DNA of 46,138 nt from assembly GCA_019721075.1 (NCBI GenBank), contig JAHEAD010000015.1, positions 1 through 46,138 of the forward strand, read 5' to 3'. Position numbers and translations under genes: made by a program. This DNA is from Candidatus Sysuiplasma jiujiangense. Lineage in GTDB: Archaea; Thermoplasmatota; Thermoplasmata; Sysuiplasmatales; Sysuiplasmataceae. Of the stretch, positions 28,944 to 38,828 are shown piece after piece; positions within the stretch are counted from its first letter, which is position 1, and every line of letters starts with the position of its first letter. The notes beneath the pieces were generated by a model, which was given only the letters and a program-made list of their open reading frames with translations, was not told the DNA's origin and did no database searches.

Positions 28944-28975
28944 GGTAGGCATAGGGGCGTCTGTTCCCCGCCCTT

Positions 28976-29890
28976 TCATCTGAAGGTTCTGCGGATTTTG
29001 CCGGCAAGGAATGAAACAGAGCGCACAAGATCCATGTTTCCGTTCACTCCGTCCTCGATAGATATCCATCCGTTGAAATCAATTTCCTTCAGGATTCCAA
29101 AAACACTGTCATAATCGATCAGCCCCGTGCCGACAACGCCGTGCTCGAGTGACTCAGGATAACCCACACCTGTATATTTTTTCAGATCCTCCAATGAGTA
29201 GCCGCTCTTCAGATGTCTGTCGCTGGCATGCATGGTAAGTATTCGCCGTTTGAATTTTCCGAGCACCTCAATTGGATCCTGTCCGGAAACAAGCGCGTTC
29301 GAAGGATCGTAATTGATTCCAAACCATGGTGAGTGAATGCTGTTGACTATTTCCTCGAAAATATCTATAGACTGCGCGAACTCCGGGTAAATCCATCTCC
29401 CGTCCTTGTAGTGGTTTTCCATCACCAGATGCACGCCGTATTCCTCGGCGTAGGGAATAAGCTTCTCGATGGATTCGACAACCCAGCCGATTCCGTCCTC
29501 CCTTGAGATCTGAGGACGCCTCTGACCGGAAAGAACCCTGCATGTTCTAATCCTGCCTCCGGTTTCAGACTTCGACATCGTCTTTATCCAGAAGAGCATA
29601 TCATCAATCTGGCCTTTCCTGTATTCCCTGTCTGGATTCGTAAAGTCGGGGGAAGTGCACATCATTGGCACCAGAAGCCCCCTGGATTTTGCATAGTCAT
29701 GAATTCTGAGTACGTCCCCTTCGCTTTTTTTCTGGTAGAAATACGGATACATTTCAATGCCGTCAACGCCGAGTTTGGAAGCTTCTTCTATCCAGCTTTC
29801 GAGGGGTCTGTTTCCGCTGCAGAGGTCATCGAAATAACCTTTGGGAAACGCAATCAAACCGGGTCCTTGCATTTCAACCACTCCGCTCAT
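28976..29890 (-). CDS. Sugar phosphate isomerase/epimerase (xylose isomerase-like TIM barrel)
   Basis: DGIEMY, VMENH, INYDPSN, MHASDR, GTGLIDY and GWISIEDG. Confidence 0.88.
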   Translation of the reverse strand: MSGVVEMQGPGLIAFPKGYFDDLCSGNRPLESWIEEASKLGVDGIEMYPYFYQKKSEGDVLRIHDYAKSRGLLVPMMCTSPDFTNPDREYRKGQIDDMLFWIKTMSKSETGGRIRTCRVLSGQRRPQISREDGIGWVVESIEKLIPYAEEYGVHLVMENHYKDGRWIYPEFAQSIDIFEEIVNSIHSPWFGINYDPSNALVSGQDPIEVLGKFKRRILTMHASDRHLKSGYSLEDLKKYTGVGYPESLEHGVVGTGLIDYDSVFGILKEIDFNGWISIEDGVNGNMDLVRSVSFLAGKIRRTFR

Positions 29891-30591
29891 GCAGTGTTCG
29901 GGTGCTTTACGAGGGATACGACTTCTTTGAGAACCTTTCGTATTTCTGATGATTCGGAAGCAGGCGAGAAGGAGTGCCCGTCAATCACCAGCGGGGCTCC
30001 GACCACAACAAGCGGGGCTCCGAGAGCGGGCAGTTTAGGCAGATCCCTGATAGACAGACCGCCTACTGCCTGAACCGGGCAGTCAACGGCATCCACTATC
30101 TCCCGCAGGAAGTCAACCGGACTGCCGCCGTTCTCGCCCCTCTCATCGAATCCGAGATGGGCGATGACAACATCCACCCCCGCCTCCTCGAGTTCTTCGG
30201 CAGCCCTTACCCTGTCGCTTCTGCCCAGAATGTCTCCCATGACGTATATGCCGTAGTCGCGGGCTGCCCGTATCGTGGCCCTGACGGTGGCAGGATGACT
30301 TGCAGCCATCACGACGACAAAATTTGCGCCTGCCTTTGCCATCATTTCTGTCTCAAGATATCCTCCGTCCATCGTCTTCAGGTCTGCCACTATCGGCGTA
30401 CCTGGAAATTTTTTTCTGAAATGGGACACGGCGTGCAGACCTTCGCCGAGCAGCAACGGTGTGCCGACCTCCAGCCAGTCCACGCCCGACTCCATGGCTA
30501 TTTCCGCAATCGGTTCGGCTTCCCTTATCGTTTCCAGATCCAGGGAGACCTGGACAGTAGGTTTTTTCAGATCTCCTTTCGTCAGTTTCAT
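29887..30591 (-). CDS. OMP-decarboxylase/HUMPS family protein (3-hexulose-6-P synthase or 3-keto-sugar-acid-6-P decarboxylase)
   Basis: VQVSLD, WLEVGTPLL, IVADLKTMDGG, HLGFD and QAVGGL. Confidence 0.88.
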   Translation of the reverse strand: MKLTKGDLKKPTVQVSLDLETIREAEPIAEIAMESGVDWLEVGTPLLLGEGLHAVSHFRKKFPGTPIVADLKTMDGGYLETEMMAKAGANFVVVMAASHPATVRATIRAARDYGIYVMGDILGRSDRVRAAEELEEAGVDVVIAHLGFDERGENGGSPVDFLREIVDAVDCPVQAVGGLSIRDLPKLPALGAPLVVVGAPLVIDGHSFSPASESSEIRKVLKEVVSLVKHPNTA

Positions 30592-31631
30592 AGCATCAGC
30601 ACTCCTTTCGCGATCCTTCTCTTCTCCATATCTTCAAATGCGTCCTTCCATCTGTCCAGGCTGTACTGCCTGACAATCCTTTCGGGATTCAGCTTTTTTG
30701 TTGTGAACAGCCTTAGCACTCTCTCCCATGTCTCCCAGTTGTGGCTGAATGACCCATGCAGTTCGACAGCCTTTGCAACAATCTGGTCAAGGTTAAACCC
30801 TGGAACGTCCGGACCCCAGCCAACCTTTACAATCCTTCCACCTGGCCGGATAACATCAAGCGCAGTCTTGAGCGTCGCACTGACTCCCGAGGCGTCAACA
30901 ACCACATCCACACCATCGCCCCAGCCGGAATGACTCAGTGCCTCCACAGCCGCACGCGCATTGTCGAAAATCATGTTCGCACCTATTTCCAAGGCGGTTT
31001 TGAGCCGTTCAGCGTCTGAAGGCACACCGAGCATTGCAATGGCCGCTGGGGATCTGAGCGTCGCAACCTGAAGGCAGAAGAGTCCTATAGGACCCGGACC
31101 GATTATGAGAACGCTGTCGGCAGGTTCTATTTTTCCTATCGTGGAAGTGGCGTTGAAGGCCACACAGCTCGGTTCTGTCAGCGCAGCGGTTACATTGCTT
31201 ACTGCGTCGGGCACCTTGTGGAGTATCTCCTCCCTTGCAATCAGGTATTCAGCCATTCCGCCGTCTGTTAGAGCGCCGAAGCCAATCCTGCTCGAGCAGA
31301 GGTTGTAATTTCCCTTCCTGCAGTTATAGCATCTTCCACAAACATGGAACGCGGTTTCGCAAACCACTCTGTCTCCCGTTTTGAAATTTCGAACTTCGCT
31401 CCCTGTTTTATCGACTATTCCCATCAGTTCATGTCCCAGAATTACAGGTTCCTTCCTTGGATAAGATTCCGTTCCGTTGTAAACGTGTATGTCGCTGCCG
31501 CACACGCCAACAGCCTTCATCTTCAATCTCACTTCCGTCTTTCCGGGTTCGCCCGGATCACGCACTTCCTTCAGCACAACTTTTCCTTGACCATGCGATT
31601 CGGAAACTATAGCCTTCAAATTCGACACCAC
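30588..31631 (-). CDS. Zinc-dependent (MDR) sugar/polyol dehydrogenase
   Basis: GVCGSD, GHE, CGRCYNCRKGNYNLC and GPGPIG. The start is probably near 31631 rather than 31709. Confidence 0.92.
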   Translation of the reverse strand: MVSNLKAIVSESHGQGKVVLKEVRDPGEPGKTEVRLKMKAVGVCGSDIHVYNGTESYPRKEPVILGHELMGIVDKTGSEVRNFKTGDRVVCETAFHVCGRCYNCRKGNYNLCSSRIGFGALTDGGMAEYLIAREEILHKVPDAVSNVTAALTEPSCVAFNATSTIGKIEPADSVLIIGPGPIGLFCLQVATLRSPAAIAMLGVPSDAERLKTALEIGANMIFDNARAAVEALSHSGWGDGVDVVVDASGVSATLKTALDVIRPGGRIVKVGWGPDVPGFNLDQIVAKAVELHGSFSHNWETWERVLRLFTTKKLNPERIVRQYSLDRWKDAFEDMEKRRIAKGVLML

Positions 31632-31978
31632 CACTCGGCTAGACAGGTCACATAGAATAACATTTCTAGAAACATGCAGGTCGAAGCGAAGGACAGCATG
31701 GACAGCCATATTCCGCTGGCAAATGGCAAAGGGAGCCCATGTCTGTACACCGACGAAATTATATCGCCGTTTTACAGAAAGAATCCTTTGCTTGCGAAAC
31801 GATTCGAGAAACAGAAACGCACATCGGCGGTTTCACCGGATCGTTTAATCAAAAGGTTGCGCTCTCTTCAGAAAAACTGCAGATTTGCATATCGTTCAGA
31901 TCTCAGCGCTGAACAAAATTAAGTTTGCCGGGAAACAGATTAATATAGCTATATCCGGATGGGGGGGAAGGTGAAAAA

Positions 31979-33637
31979 TTGACGCAATCTGCGAGTGGGA
32001 ACGAAAAGCGTGGAAATAAAAAGATATTGTGGGCGTCAATAGTTGTGGTGGTAGTTATCATTGTTGTAGTTGCTGCCGCAACTGCAGTCATATTGTCCAA
32101 ACCGCCCACAAAGAAGAGCAATACGGTTTACTTCTACACCTGGTGGGGACCAACCAGCGGTAGAGCGCTGCAGAATCTGACGGAAGCTTTCCATACGGCA
32201 TATCCGCAGTACACTGCCGTGCCTACGGTATCTCCCGGGGCGGGAGGCACCAATGCGAAGTACGCCATACTTACACTAATCAAGGCAAACGATCCTCCGA
32301 ACACATTCCAGACCCACTATGGACCTGAAATGCTGAGTTACATAGAGGCTGCTCCAAGCGGAGCCAACTCGTTCGTCAACTTTACAAGCTATGTTCAGAG
32401 CAATATGGCCAACAAAGCTGTTTCGTCCGTTCTTGCTGCCGGGACCTACAATGGTGTCACATTCTCGCTGCCTGTGGATGCACATCAGGGTGCACAGCTA
32501 TTCTTCAATCCTCAGGTTCTGGCCAAATACAGCCTCCCGATACCCAATAACATGTCCACGTTGCTCAGCGACACCGTTGCTCTGGGCAGCCATGGCATCA
32601 ATGCCTGGGTCATACCCGGCGGAGACGGCGGATGGGACCAGCTGAATGTCTGGGAGAATGCGTTCCTCGCGTATGGCGGCAATACCATGTATGACGAACT
32701 CATGTATGGAACGCTTAACACAAGCAGCCCGAGTGTTATGCATGTTCTGAACGAAACAAACGCCGCATTCTTTACATTTGAGAAATACAGCATGCCCGGT
32801 CTCGAATCGGACAGCTGGCTGCAGGCACTGCCCTATGTCCTGAAGGGTCAGGCGGCTTTCTACACTTCAGGCAACTGGGTTCTTGAATATACAACAGATT
32901 ACCTCAATGTCCTCGTTTATCCGGCAACCGCACCATACACTTCGTGGACAAACCTTACAATGCTCGACCAGTCCTTCCCGGGAACGCAGAACTACTGGGT
33001 CCTTGTTACAGACTCAGTTGCGGTACCGTCCGGTCCTACATCAACGCTTGGTCTGACGTTTGCAAAGTATTTCTCATCCTATGCTGGAGATAAGGTGTTC
33101 ACAAAGACCAAGGCAGTAACATTCTATAATAATGTTACATCCGATTACTACGCGACCCAGGCGCAGTGGTACAGTTACAAGACACTTCTCAACACGAGCC
33201 CGTCCAACTTCGTTTACCAGCTGTCGGATGGAGGACTGTTCGACAATGTGTTTGCGTCATACACCTCCGCAATGACTGCCCTTTCTGAGATAGGACCTTC
33301 TGATCTAGCGGCATGGAACCTGACGCTTTCGAGTGGCATCAGCAGCGAACAATCCGAATGGATGACCGCCAACTCTCTTGGCTACGGATACATGGGCTTC
33401 CCGGGCCACCCCTTCGGAGGCTACGCCCCCCCATGGGCAACAGCAGCAGTGTCAGGAGTTGCAGCGCATCCTAACAGCGTCAGCACCACTGGTGTTACCA
33501 GTGCAAAGTCTCCGACTGCAAGCAGCCACATCCAGAAACCGGTGAAGATCAACTACGTCCAGATTTCACTGACTTCGGTGACCTTGCTTCAGAAGTTCTA
33601 TGTAATGGGCGTCAGCCAGGGAACCAGACTGCTGTAA
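31979..33637 (+). CDS. Sugar ABC transporter substrate-binding protein (Sulfolobus GlcS-like)
   Basis: N-terminal TM anchor, VYFYTWW, PGAGGTNAKYAIL, PNTFQTHYGPEM and GDGGWDQ. Ser/Thr-rich C-terminal linker. Confidence 0.88.
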   Translation: MTQSASGNEKRGNKKILWASIVVVVVIIVVVAAATAVILSKPPTKKSNTVYFYTWWGPTSGRALQNLTEAFHTAYPQYTAVPTVSPGAGGTNAKYAILTLIKANDPPNTFQTHYGPEMLSYIEAAPSGANSFVNFTSYVQSNMANKAVSSVLAAGTYNGVTFSLPVDAHQGAQLFFNPQVLAKYSLPIPNNMSTLLSDTVALGSHGINAWVIPGGDGGWDQLNVWENAFLAYGGNTMYDELMYGTLNTSSPSVMHVLNETNAAFFTFEKYSMPGLESDSWLQALPYVLKGQAAFYTSGNWVLEYTTDYLNVLVYPATAPYTSWTNLTMLDQSFPGTQNYWVLVTDSVAVPSGPTSTLGLTFAKYFSSYAGDKVFTKTKAVTFYNNVTSDYYATQAQWYSYKTLLNTSPSNFVYQLSDGGLFDNVFASYTSAMTALSEIGPSDLAAWNLTLSSGISSEQSEWMTANSLGYGYMGFPGHPFGGYAPPWATAAVSGVAAHPNSVSTTGVTSAKSPTASSHIQKPVKINYVQISLTSVTLLQKFYVMGVSQGTRLL

Positions 33638-33732
33638 ACCCTGCAAGGAATCAAAACTTTTACAAACCACTTTCTTCTCTTTATTTTATTTTTGAATGAT
33701 ACGCTGCGGCATCATCCGGCATTTTACAGTAG

Positions 33733-34752
33733 CTACAGCGTCAACATGACTTTTGACGAGCCAATAAGATTGGAGGCCAGTTTCCTGAAAACATCAGGCC
33801 CGTTATCAAGCGGCTCCATCGAAATCCAGTTCTGCCGATCATCCAGGATGTTCGTGCCCGCAAGCTTCACCGCCCTGGAAAATTCGACGTCCGTATATGC
33901 GTACGACCCCTCTATCACAAGTTCGCCCCTCACAATTGAGTTTGCTCCGAGCCTGGACGATGCCTCATGATTCCCGATGAAAATTGCCTTGCCGCCTCTT
34001 CTTATGACCTCGACACACTGAGCCCTCGTTGATTCCAGGCCAACAGCATCGAATGAGAAATCTGCCCCCTGGCCAACTGCATTTTGCAGGTTCAGTATGG
34101 CATTGCTGTCACTGCCGTTTATCACCCGCGTGGCTCCCATACTCCGGGCTGTCTTCAGCCTCTCCTCGTTCACGTCGACTGCGGTGCAGTCTTCCACGCC
34201 ATGCAGTTTCAGGAGTTTGAGAACTAACAACCCTATAATGCCCATTCCAAAGACAACAGCGCTGTCGCCTGTTCTGAATTTGCACTTGTCAACGGCCCTG
34301 AGAGCCGTTGCAAGCGGTTCGGCTATTGCGCCGGCAACCGGATTTTCCACCGGATGGCATGATGCTGCAGGAACAGCGACATATTCCGCAAAGGAGCCTG
34401 GAAACGCGGCTCCGATGATTCTCCTGTCCTGACACAGATTCCTCAAACCTGAAAGACAGTACGTGCAGTGGCCGCATGTTACCATTGGATTGACTGCGAC
34501 AAGCCTGCCTTTCAGATGCTCCGGCGAACCAGTACCTGTCTCCTCCACGATGCCCGAAAATTCATGCCCCATAGTGAGTGGCGGTACCCTCAGTTCATTC
34601 AGACCCAGATACGCAGCAACTTCGCTTCCGCAGACGCCGGACATGGAGACCCTGACAAGCACCCAGCCGGCAGGGATCTCAGGTTTGGACACGTCCTCGA
34701 TCTTCATCTCATTTCTGGCTACCCATACAAGCGCTTTCATTGCCACCGACAT
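33733..34752 (-). CDS. Zinc-dependent (MDR) sugar/polyol dehydrogenase
   Basis: GVCGSE, MGHEFSG, CGHCTYC...NLC and GMGIIG. Confidence 0.92.
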   Translation of the reverse strand: MSVAMKALVWVARNEMKIEDVSKPEIPAGWVLVRVSMSGVCGSEVAAYLGLNELRVPPLTMGHEFSGIVEETGTGSPEHLKGRLVAVNPMVTCGHCTYCLSGLRNLCQDRRIIGAAFPGSFAEYVAVPAASCHPVENPVAGAIAEPLATALRAVDKCKFRTGDSAVVFGMGIIGLLVLKLLKLHGVEDCTAVDVNEERLKTARSMGATRVINGSDSNAILNLQNAVGQGADFSFDAVGLESTRAQCVEVIRRGGKAIFIGNHEASSRLGANSIVRGELVIEGSYAYTDVEFSRAVKLAGTNILDDRQNWISMEPLDNGPDVFRKLASNLIGSSKVMLTL

Positions 34753-34837
34753 CTGAAACACTGGCTTAACATTATCGTTTTTCGGCAGAAACGCATACGC
34801 GATTCAGAGGTTGCCGCTGTTACCGTTTCAAAGCTCG

Positions 34838-35824
34838 TTACTTCTGCAACGGAGTCGTTCCGGCCTTATAGATTTCCAGGACAGCTGCAAGATCTCTCTT
34901 CGCAATTACCGGATCCATGGGTGGTTCGCTCCTCTCTTCGACAGCCTTGAGAAAACCTCCGATCTCCTTATCGAATACATCTTCTATTTTGATGTCAACT
35001 GTCTTTCCGTTCAGTACGGGTTTTCCAAACGCGTAGCGGATGCCGGACATGTACTTGAAATCCACTTCGGGATGTGTGCCGACATCCTCCACTATGCTGC
35101 CCTCGCTGCCTATGACTTCGAACGAGGGTAACCGCGGACTGTAAGGATAGCTCCATGTATAGAAGAGCAGGCCATGTGCCGACGATTTGAAATCAAACAG
35201 TGAAATGGACGTGTCCTCTCCCTCAATAGAGGAAGAGCCATGGTAAGCCGCCGACCTGATACTGCGGTAGTCGCCGCCCAAGTTGAGAAGCGTGTCGACG
35301 AAATGGATGCCGCCGTCAATAAGGGAACCGCCACCCATTACTTTCGCATCTGTCCTCCAGCCGTTCTTGCTGTAAAGCCTCTGATCCCGGACAATGATCG
35401 TGTGAACTCTGCCGATTTTTCCCTCGTTCACTGCCCTGACTGCATATCTGACGGATGAATCAAAGTAATACTGCTCTGCCACCATGAATTTCACTCCTGT
35501 CCTGGCCGCCGTTTCAATCATCAATTCGGCGTCGGCGACAGTCGTTGCTATCGGTTTTTCAATCAGCACATGCTTCTTCCTGGAGATGGCGTCTAATGCA
35601 ACTGCCCTGTGCATGTTATGCGGCAGGATGATATCGACTATTTCGGCGTCTGATGACAGAGCCTTCGTAATATCGCTGAAAGTCTCCGTTGCGCCGTAGG
35701 CTTCGGCCGTCTCTTCAAGAATCTTTTCATTACGGTCATAGAGCGCAATTTCGACGTTCTGTTTTTTCCATGAGTCGAGATGCACCTTGCCAAAACCTCT
35801 TGAGCCGAGAACCAGGGTTTTCAT
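34838..35824 (-). CDS. Gfo/Idh/MocA family oxidoreductase
   Basis: GSRGFGKVH, HVLIEKP and GGGSLIDGGIHFVD. Confidence 0.92.
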   Translation of the reverse strand: MKTLVLGSRGFGKVHLDSWKKQNVEIALYDRNEKILEETAEAYGATETFSDITKALSSDAEIVDIILPHNMHRAVALDAISRKKHVLIEKPIATTVADAELMIETAARTGVKFMVAEQYYFDSSVRYAVRAVNEGKIGRVHTIIVRDQRLYSKNGWRTDAKVMGGGSLIDGGIHFVDTLLNLGGDYRSIRSAAYHGSSSIEGEDTSISLFDFKSSAHGLLFYTWSYPYSPRLPSFEVIGSEGSIVEDVGTHPEVDFKYMSGIRYAFGKPVLNGKTVDIKIEDVFDKEIGGFLKAVEERSEPPMDPVIAKRDLAAVLEIYKAGTTPLQK

Positions 35825-35935
35825 GAAGGAGGGATAGACGTGAAGGTGATTAAAAGTTTTCATGGATGTACATTTCGAATCCGTTCGTTCCTGGAAATAG
35901 AAGTTTTAATTTCCCGGGATCGTCACACGTTTGCC

Positions 35936-36742
35936 TCAGCGGGAATCGCTGCGGTGCATTTTCCTGAGGACTGAAAATGCGGTCGTCTCATTAAGTGCTG
36001 TCATCTGACCACCGTCAACCAGCATGGAACTGCCGGTAACGAATGATGACCTGCCTGATATCAGAAAGCTCACTGCCTCGGCAATCTCTTCGGGTTTGCC
36101 TGCCCTTCCGAGAGCATGCGAGAGGCAGGATGCCTCATATTCAGCCGGTTTTCTCTTCTTCCAGTCCAGTATCCGCTCGCTCGCCACAAGACCGGGCAGT
36201 ATGGAATTTGCCCTTATCCCAAGATGACCGAATTCAAGCGCTATCGAGCGTGTCAGTGCATTCATTGCGGCCTTCGCGGCGTCATATGCAGCTGAATCGA
36301 CATCTCCGGCCGCAAGAGCGTGCACAGAGGATATGTTGACTATACTTCCGCCTCCATTCCTGATCATCAGCGGGATTAGTTTCCTGCACAGGAGAACAGG
36401 TGCGAAGAAAGTGACATCGAATGTCCGTCTCCAGTCTTTCCCTGTGAGTTCCAGAAAGGGCTTGCTTACCATGGCAAAAGCACTGTTCACGAGTCCGGTC
36501 AGTTTCACCCCTGATCTGCCCGCGGCACGTGCAATCCGGTCTATTGTTCCGGCCTCGGAAATGTCGCCTGTGACATGGATTACAGAATCATTACTGCCTG
36601 CGATTTTATCGAAAACCCTGCTTGTGTCCACTAAGTCGTTCAGAATAAGATCATAACCTTCCGAGGCCAGCTTCATGGCTGTTGCCTTGCCTATTCCAAG
36701 GGAAGCGCCTGTAATAACAACTGTATTTCCGCTTCCTTCCAT
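35936..36742 (-). CDS. Short-chain dehydrogenase/reductase
   Basis: TGASLGIG, IVNISS, YDAAKAA, RANSILPG and VDGG. Confidence 0.93.
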   Translation of the reverse strand: MEGSGNTVVITGASLGIGKATAMKLASEGYDLILNDLVDTSRVFDKIAGSNDSVIHVTGDISEAGTIDRIARAAGRSGVKLTGLVNSAFAMVSKPFLELTGKDWRRTFDVTFFAPVLLCRKLIPLMIRNGGGSIVNISSVHALAAGDVDSAAYDAAKAAMNALTRSIALEFGHLGIRANSILPGLVASERILDWKKRKPAEYEASCLSHALGRAGKPEEIAEAVSFLISGRSSFVTGSSMLVDGGQMTALNETTAFSVLRKMHRSDSR

Positions 36743-36797
36743 TTCACTTCATCCCGTTCATCGCTGCATTACTGATATAACTTACCGGCGTCCGGAA

Positions 36798-37970
36798 TCA
36801 GTTAAACGCCGGCTGTATGACTTTTCCGTCGTAATTCATTATCGAGCGCCCTTCGGTGTCAAACAGCAGAATCTCGTTCTTCCTGACATATACCTTTACT
36901 GGAGTTCCTCCCGGCAGCGGAACTTCGCTTGTTGTCACAATATCCTTGTCTATGCCGGGAATGTTGAATATCACCCTGAACACGCCAACCGAATAACCGG
37001 AAATGTTCACCGTACCGTTGCTGAGCATGAGCCATTCTTTCTCATTCAGTTCTTCATCCTCATCTTCTGTCGTAAGCATTATTCCCTCTGGCCTGAGACC
37101 GAGAAGGATTTTCATTTCTCCGGCGCTCCTGTGCGCATCCCCTAACTGCTCCGGGCTGATTTCAAAACCGATCTTCTCCCCGATATTGACCACAGACCTG
37201 CTGCCGGCTGTCAGTTTCGAAGGTATGAGGTTTATTTCACCAATCGCCCTGGCTACATCGATAGCCTTCGGCTTGTGATAGAGCGTTTCGGTCGCGGCTG
37301 TCTGAATGTTCAGGCCGTTGGATATCACCAGGGCATTGTGCGCGAGTGCGAAAATATCGGCCGGATCATGGGAAACAATTATGGCCGTGATTTCCAGTTC
37401 CTTCTGCACGTTCCGGACAAGCGAACGTGCGCTGTCCTTGATGGTCGCATCGAGATTGCTGAAAGGTTCGTCGAGGAGGAGCAGGGACGGATCCTTGGCG
37501 AGCGCCCTGCTCACGGCGACCCTCTGCTGCTGTCCGCCGCTGATATTGCCGGGCCTCCTGTTCAGGGCTTCCCGTATATCGAGGAGATCGGCAAGGAACT
37601 CCACCTTTTTCCTGATCTCGGGAGCGGGCATTTTTCTCGCCCTCAACGGGAAGGCTATATTCTCATAGCTCGTAAGATGCGGATAGAGCGCCCAGTTCTG
37701 GAATACCATACCGATGTTTCTGCCCTCGGCCGGAACATTGATCTTTCCGTTTTCAGCGACCACTTCATCGTTGAAATAGATTGAACCCGTCGTTGGTTCT
37801 TCCAGGCCGGCAATGAGTCTCAAGAGTGTCGTCTTGCCGGCGCCGCTGGAACCGATAATGCCGTAGAAGTCCCTGTTTTCAACTGTGAACGATATGTCCT
37901 TGATGGCTGTTTTTATCCTGTTTCCGCGTCCAAACGATTTCGTAACATTTCTGAATTCTATTTTTACCAA
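36798..37970 (-). CDS. Sugar ABC transporter ATP-binding protein (GlcV-like)
   Basis: GSSGAGKT, VFQNWALYP, SGGQQQR, LLLLDEPFSNLDA and VSHDPADIFALA. Confidence 0.95.
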   Translation of the reverse strand: MVKIEFRNVTKSFGRGNRIKTAIKDISFTVENRDFYGIIGSSGAGKTTLLRLIAGLEEPTTGSIYFNDEVVAENGKINVPAEGRNIGMVFQNWALYPHLTSYENIAFPLRARKMPAPEIRKKVEFLADLLDIREALNRRPGNISGGQQQRVAVSRALAKDPSLLLLDEPFSNLDATIKDSARSLVRNVQKELEITAIIVSHDPADIFALAHNALVISNGLNIQTAATETLYHKPKAIDVARAIGEINLIPSKLTAGSRSVVNIGEKIGFEISPEQLGDAHRSAGEMKILLGLRPEGIMLTTEDEDEELNEKEWLMLSNGTVNISGYSVGVFRVIFNIPGIDKDIVTTSEVPLPGGTPVKVYVRKNEILLFDTEGRSIMNYDGKVIQPAFN

Positions 37971-37976
37971 TCCGGT

Positions 37977-38828
37977 TCACCCCTTGCCGCCCGAGCCCAG
38001 GGCCAGAAATCCTCTTATGAAGTATCTGCCGAGTACGATTATAAGCAATAGCGGAAGAAGGGACGATATCAGTGCGGCAGCAAAGCTCTCATTGTACAGC
38101 GCACCGTAGCTGCCCGAATAGGACATCACCAGCACCGATGCAGTTCTCATGGGAGGTGTCGAGGTGAGTATAAGAGGTATGAAAAAATTATTCCATGTTT
38201 CAACTATTATGAACATGAAGGTGGATATCGCACCTGGGATGACCAGCGGCCATACTACCTTCCTGAATATGAGCCAGTCATTTGCTCCGTCTATCCGCGC
38301 CGCTTCCAGTGTCCGCTTCGGCAGGACGGCCATAAAGATCGACATCAACAGGGCCCCTGTCGGAAGGTAGAAAACAAGAAAGGCGAATATCAATCCGTAA
38401 TATGTATTGAAAATACCCAGCTTCACCGCCAGGCTGGTCAGCGGCACAAGCGTTATCTCATAGGGCACAAAGGTGGCGATTGCTATTATTGTAAAAACAG
38501 TGTCGTTGAAGTATGATTGCTTGAGGGAAAGATGGTATGCAGCCATTGCCCCCAGGAAGGTCGAGATTGCAGCCACCGGAATCGTGACGATAAGGCTGTT
38601 GAGCAGACTCTGCTTCATCTGGGAGAACACTGTTTCTATAGCGGACAGTGAGAAGCCCGCAGGCTCCAGAACGGGAGTGCTGATGACTCCCGATGCAGTC
38701 TTGAATGAATTGATTAGCAGGCTGTAGACAGGAATCAGCCATATTGCCGCAAAAAAGCACAGCAGTGCAATTACAACAGCAGAGCGTATCAGTATTTTGG
38801 TCCGCGCGCTGATCAGCTGCTCAGTCAT
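37977..38828 (-). CDS. Carbohydrate ABC transporter permease (GlcU-like)
   Basis: Six TM helices, EAARIDGA loop and WNNFFIPL. Confidence 0.93.
   Translation of the reverse strand: MTEQLISARTKILIRSAVVIALLCFFAAIWLIPVYSLLINSFKTASGVISTPVLEPAGFSLSAIETVFSQMKQSLLNSLIVTIPVAAISTFLGAMAAYHLSLKQSYFNDTVFTIIAIATFVPYEITLVPLTSLAVKLGIFNTYYGLIFAFLVFYLPTGALLMSIFMAVLPKRTLEAARIDGANDWLIFRKVVWPLVIPGAISTFMFIIVETWNNFFIPLILTSTPPMRTASVLVMSYSGSYGALYNESFAAALISSLLPLLLIIVLGRYFIRGFLALGSGGKG

Noticed and set aside
29974..30933. Long antisense ORFs (for example 29974-30933, 12452-13213, 43573-44232, 3401-4069)
   Set aside because: They are shadows of well-supported genes on the opposite strand and carry no recognisable motifs.
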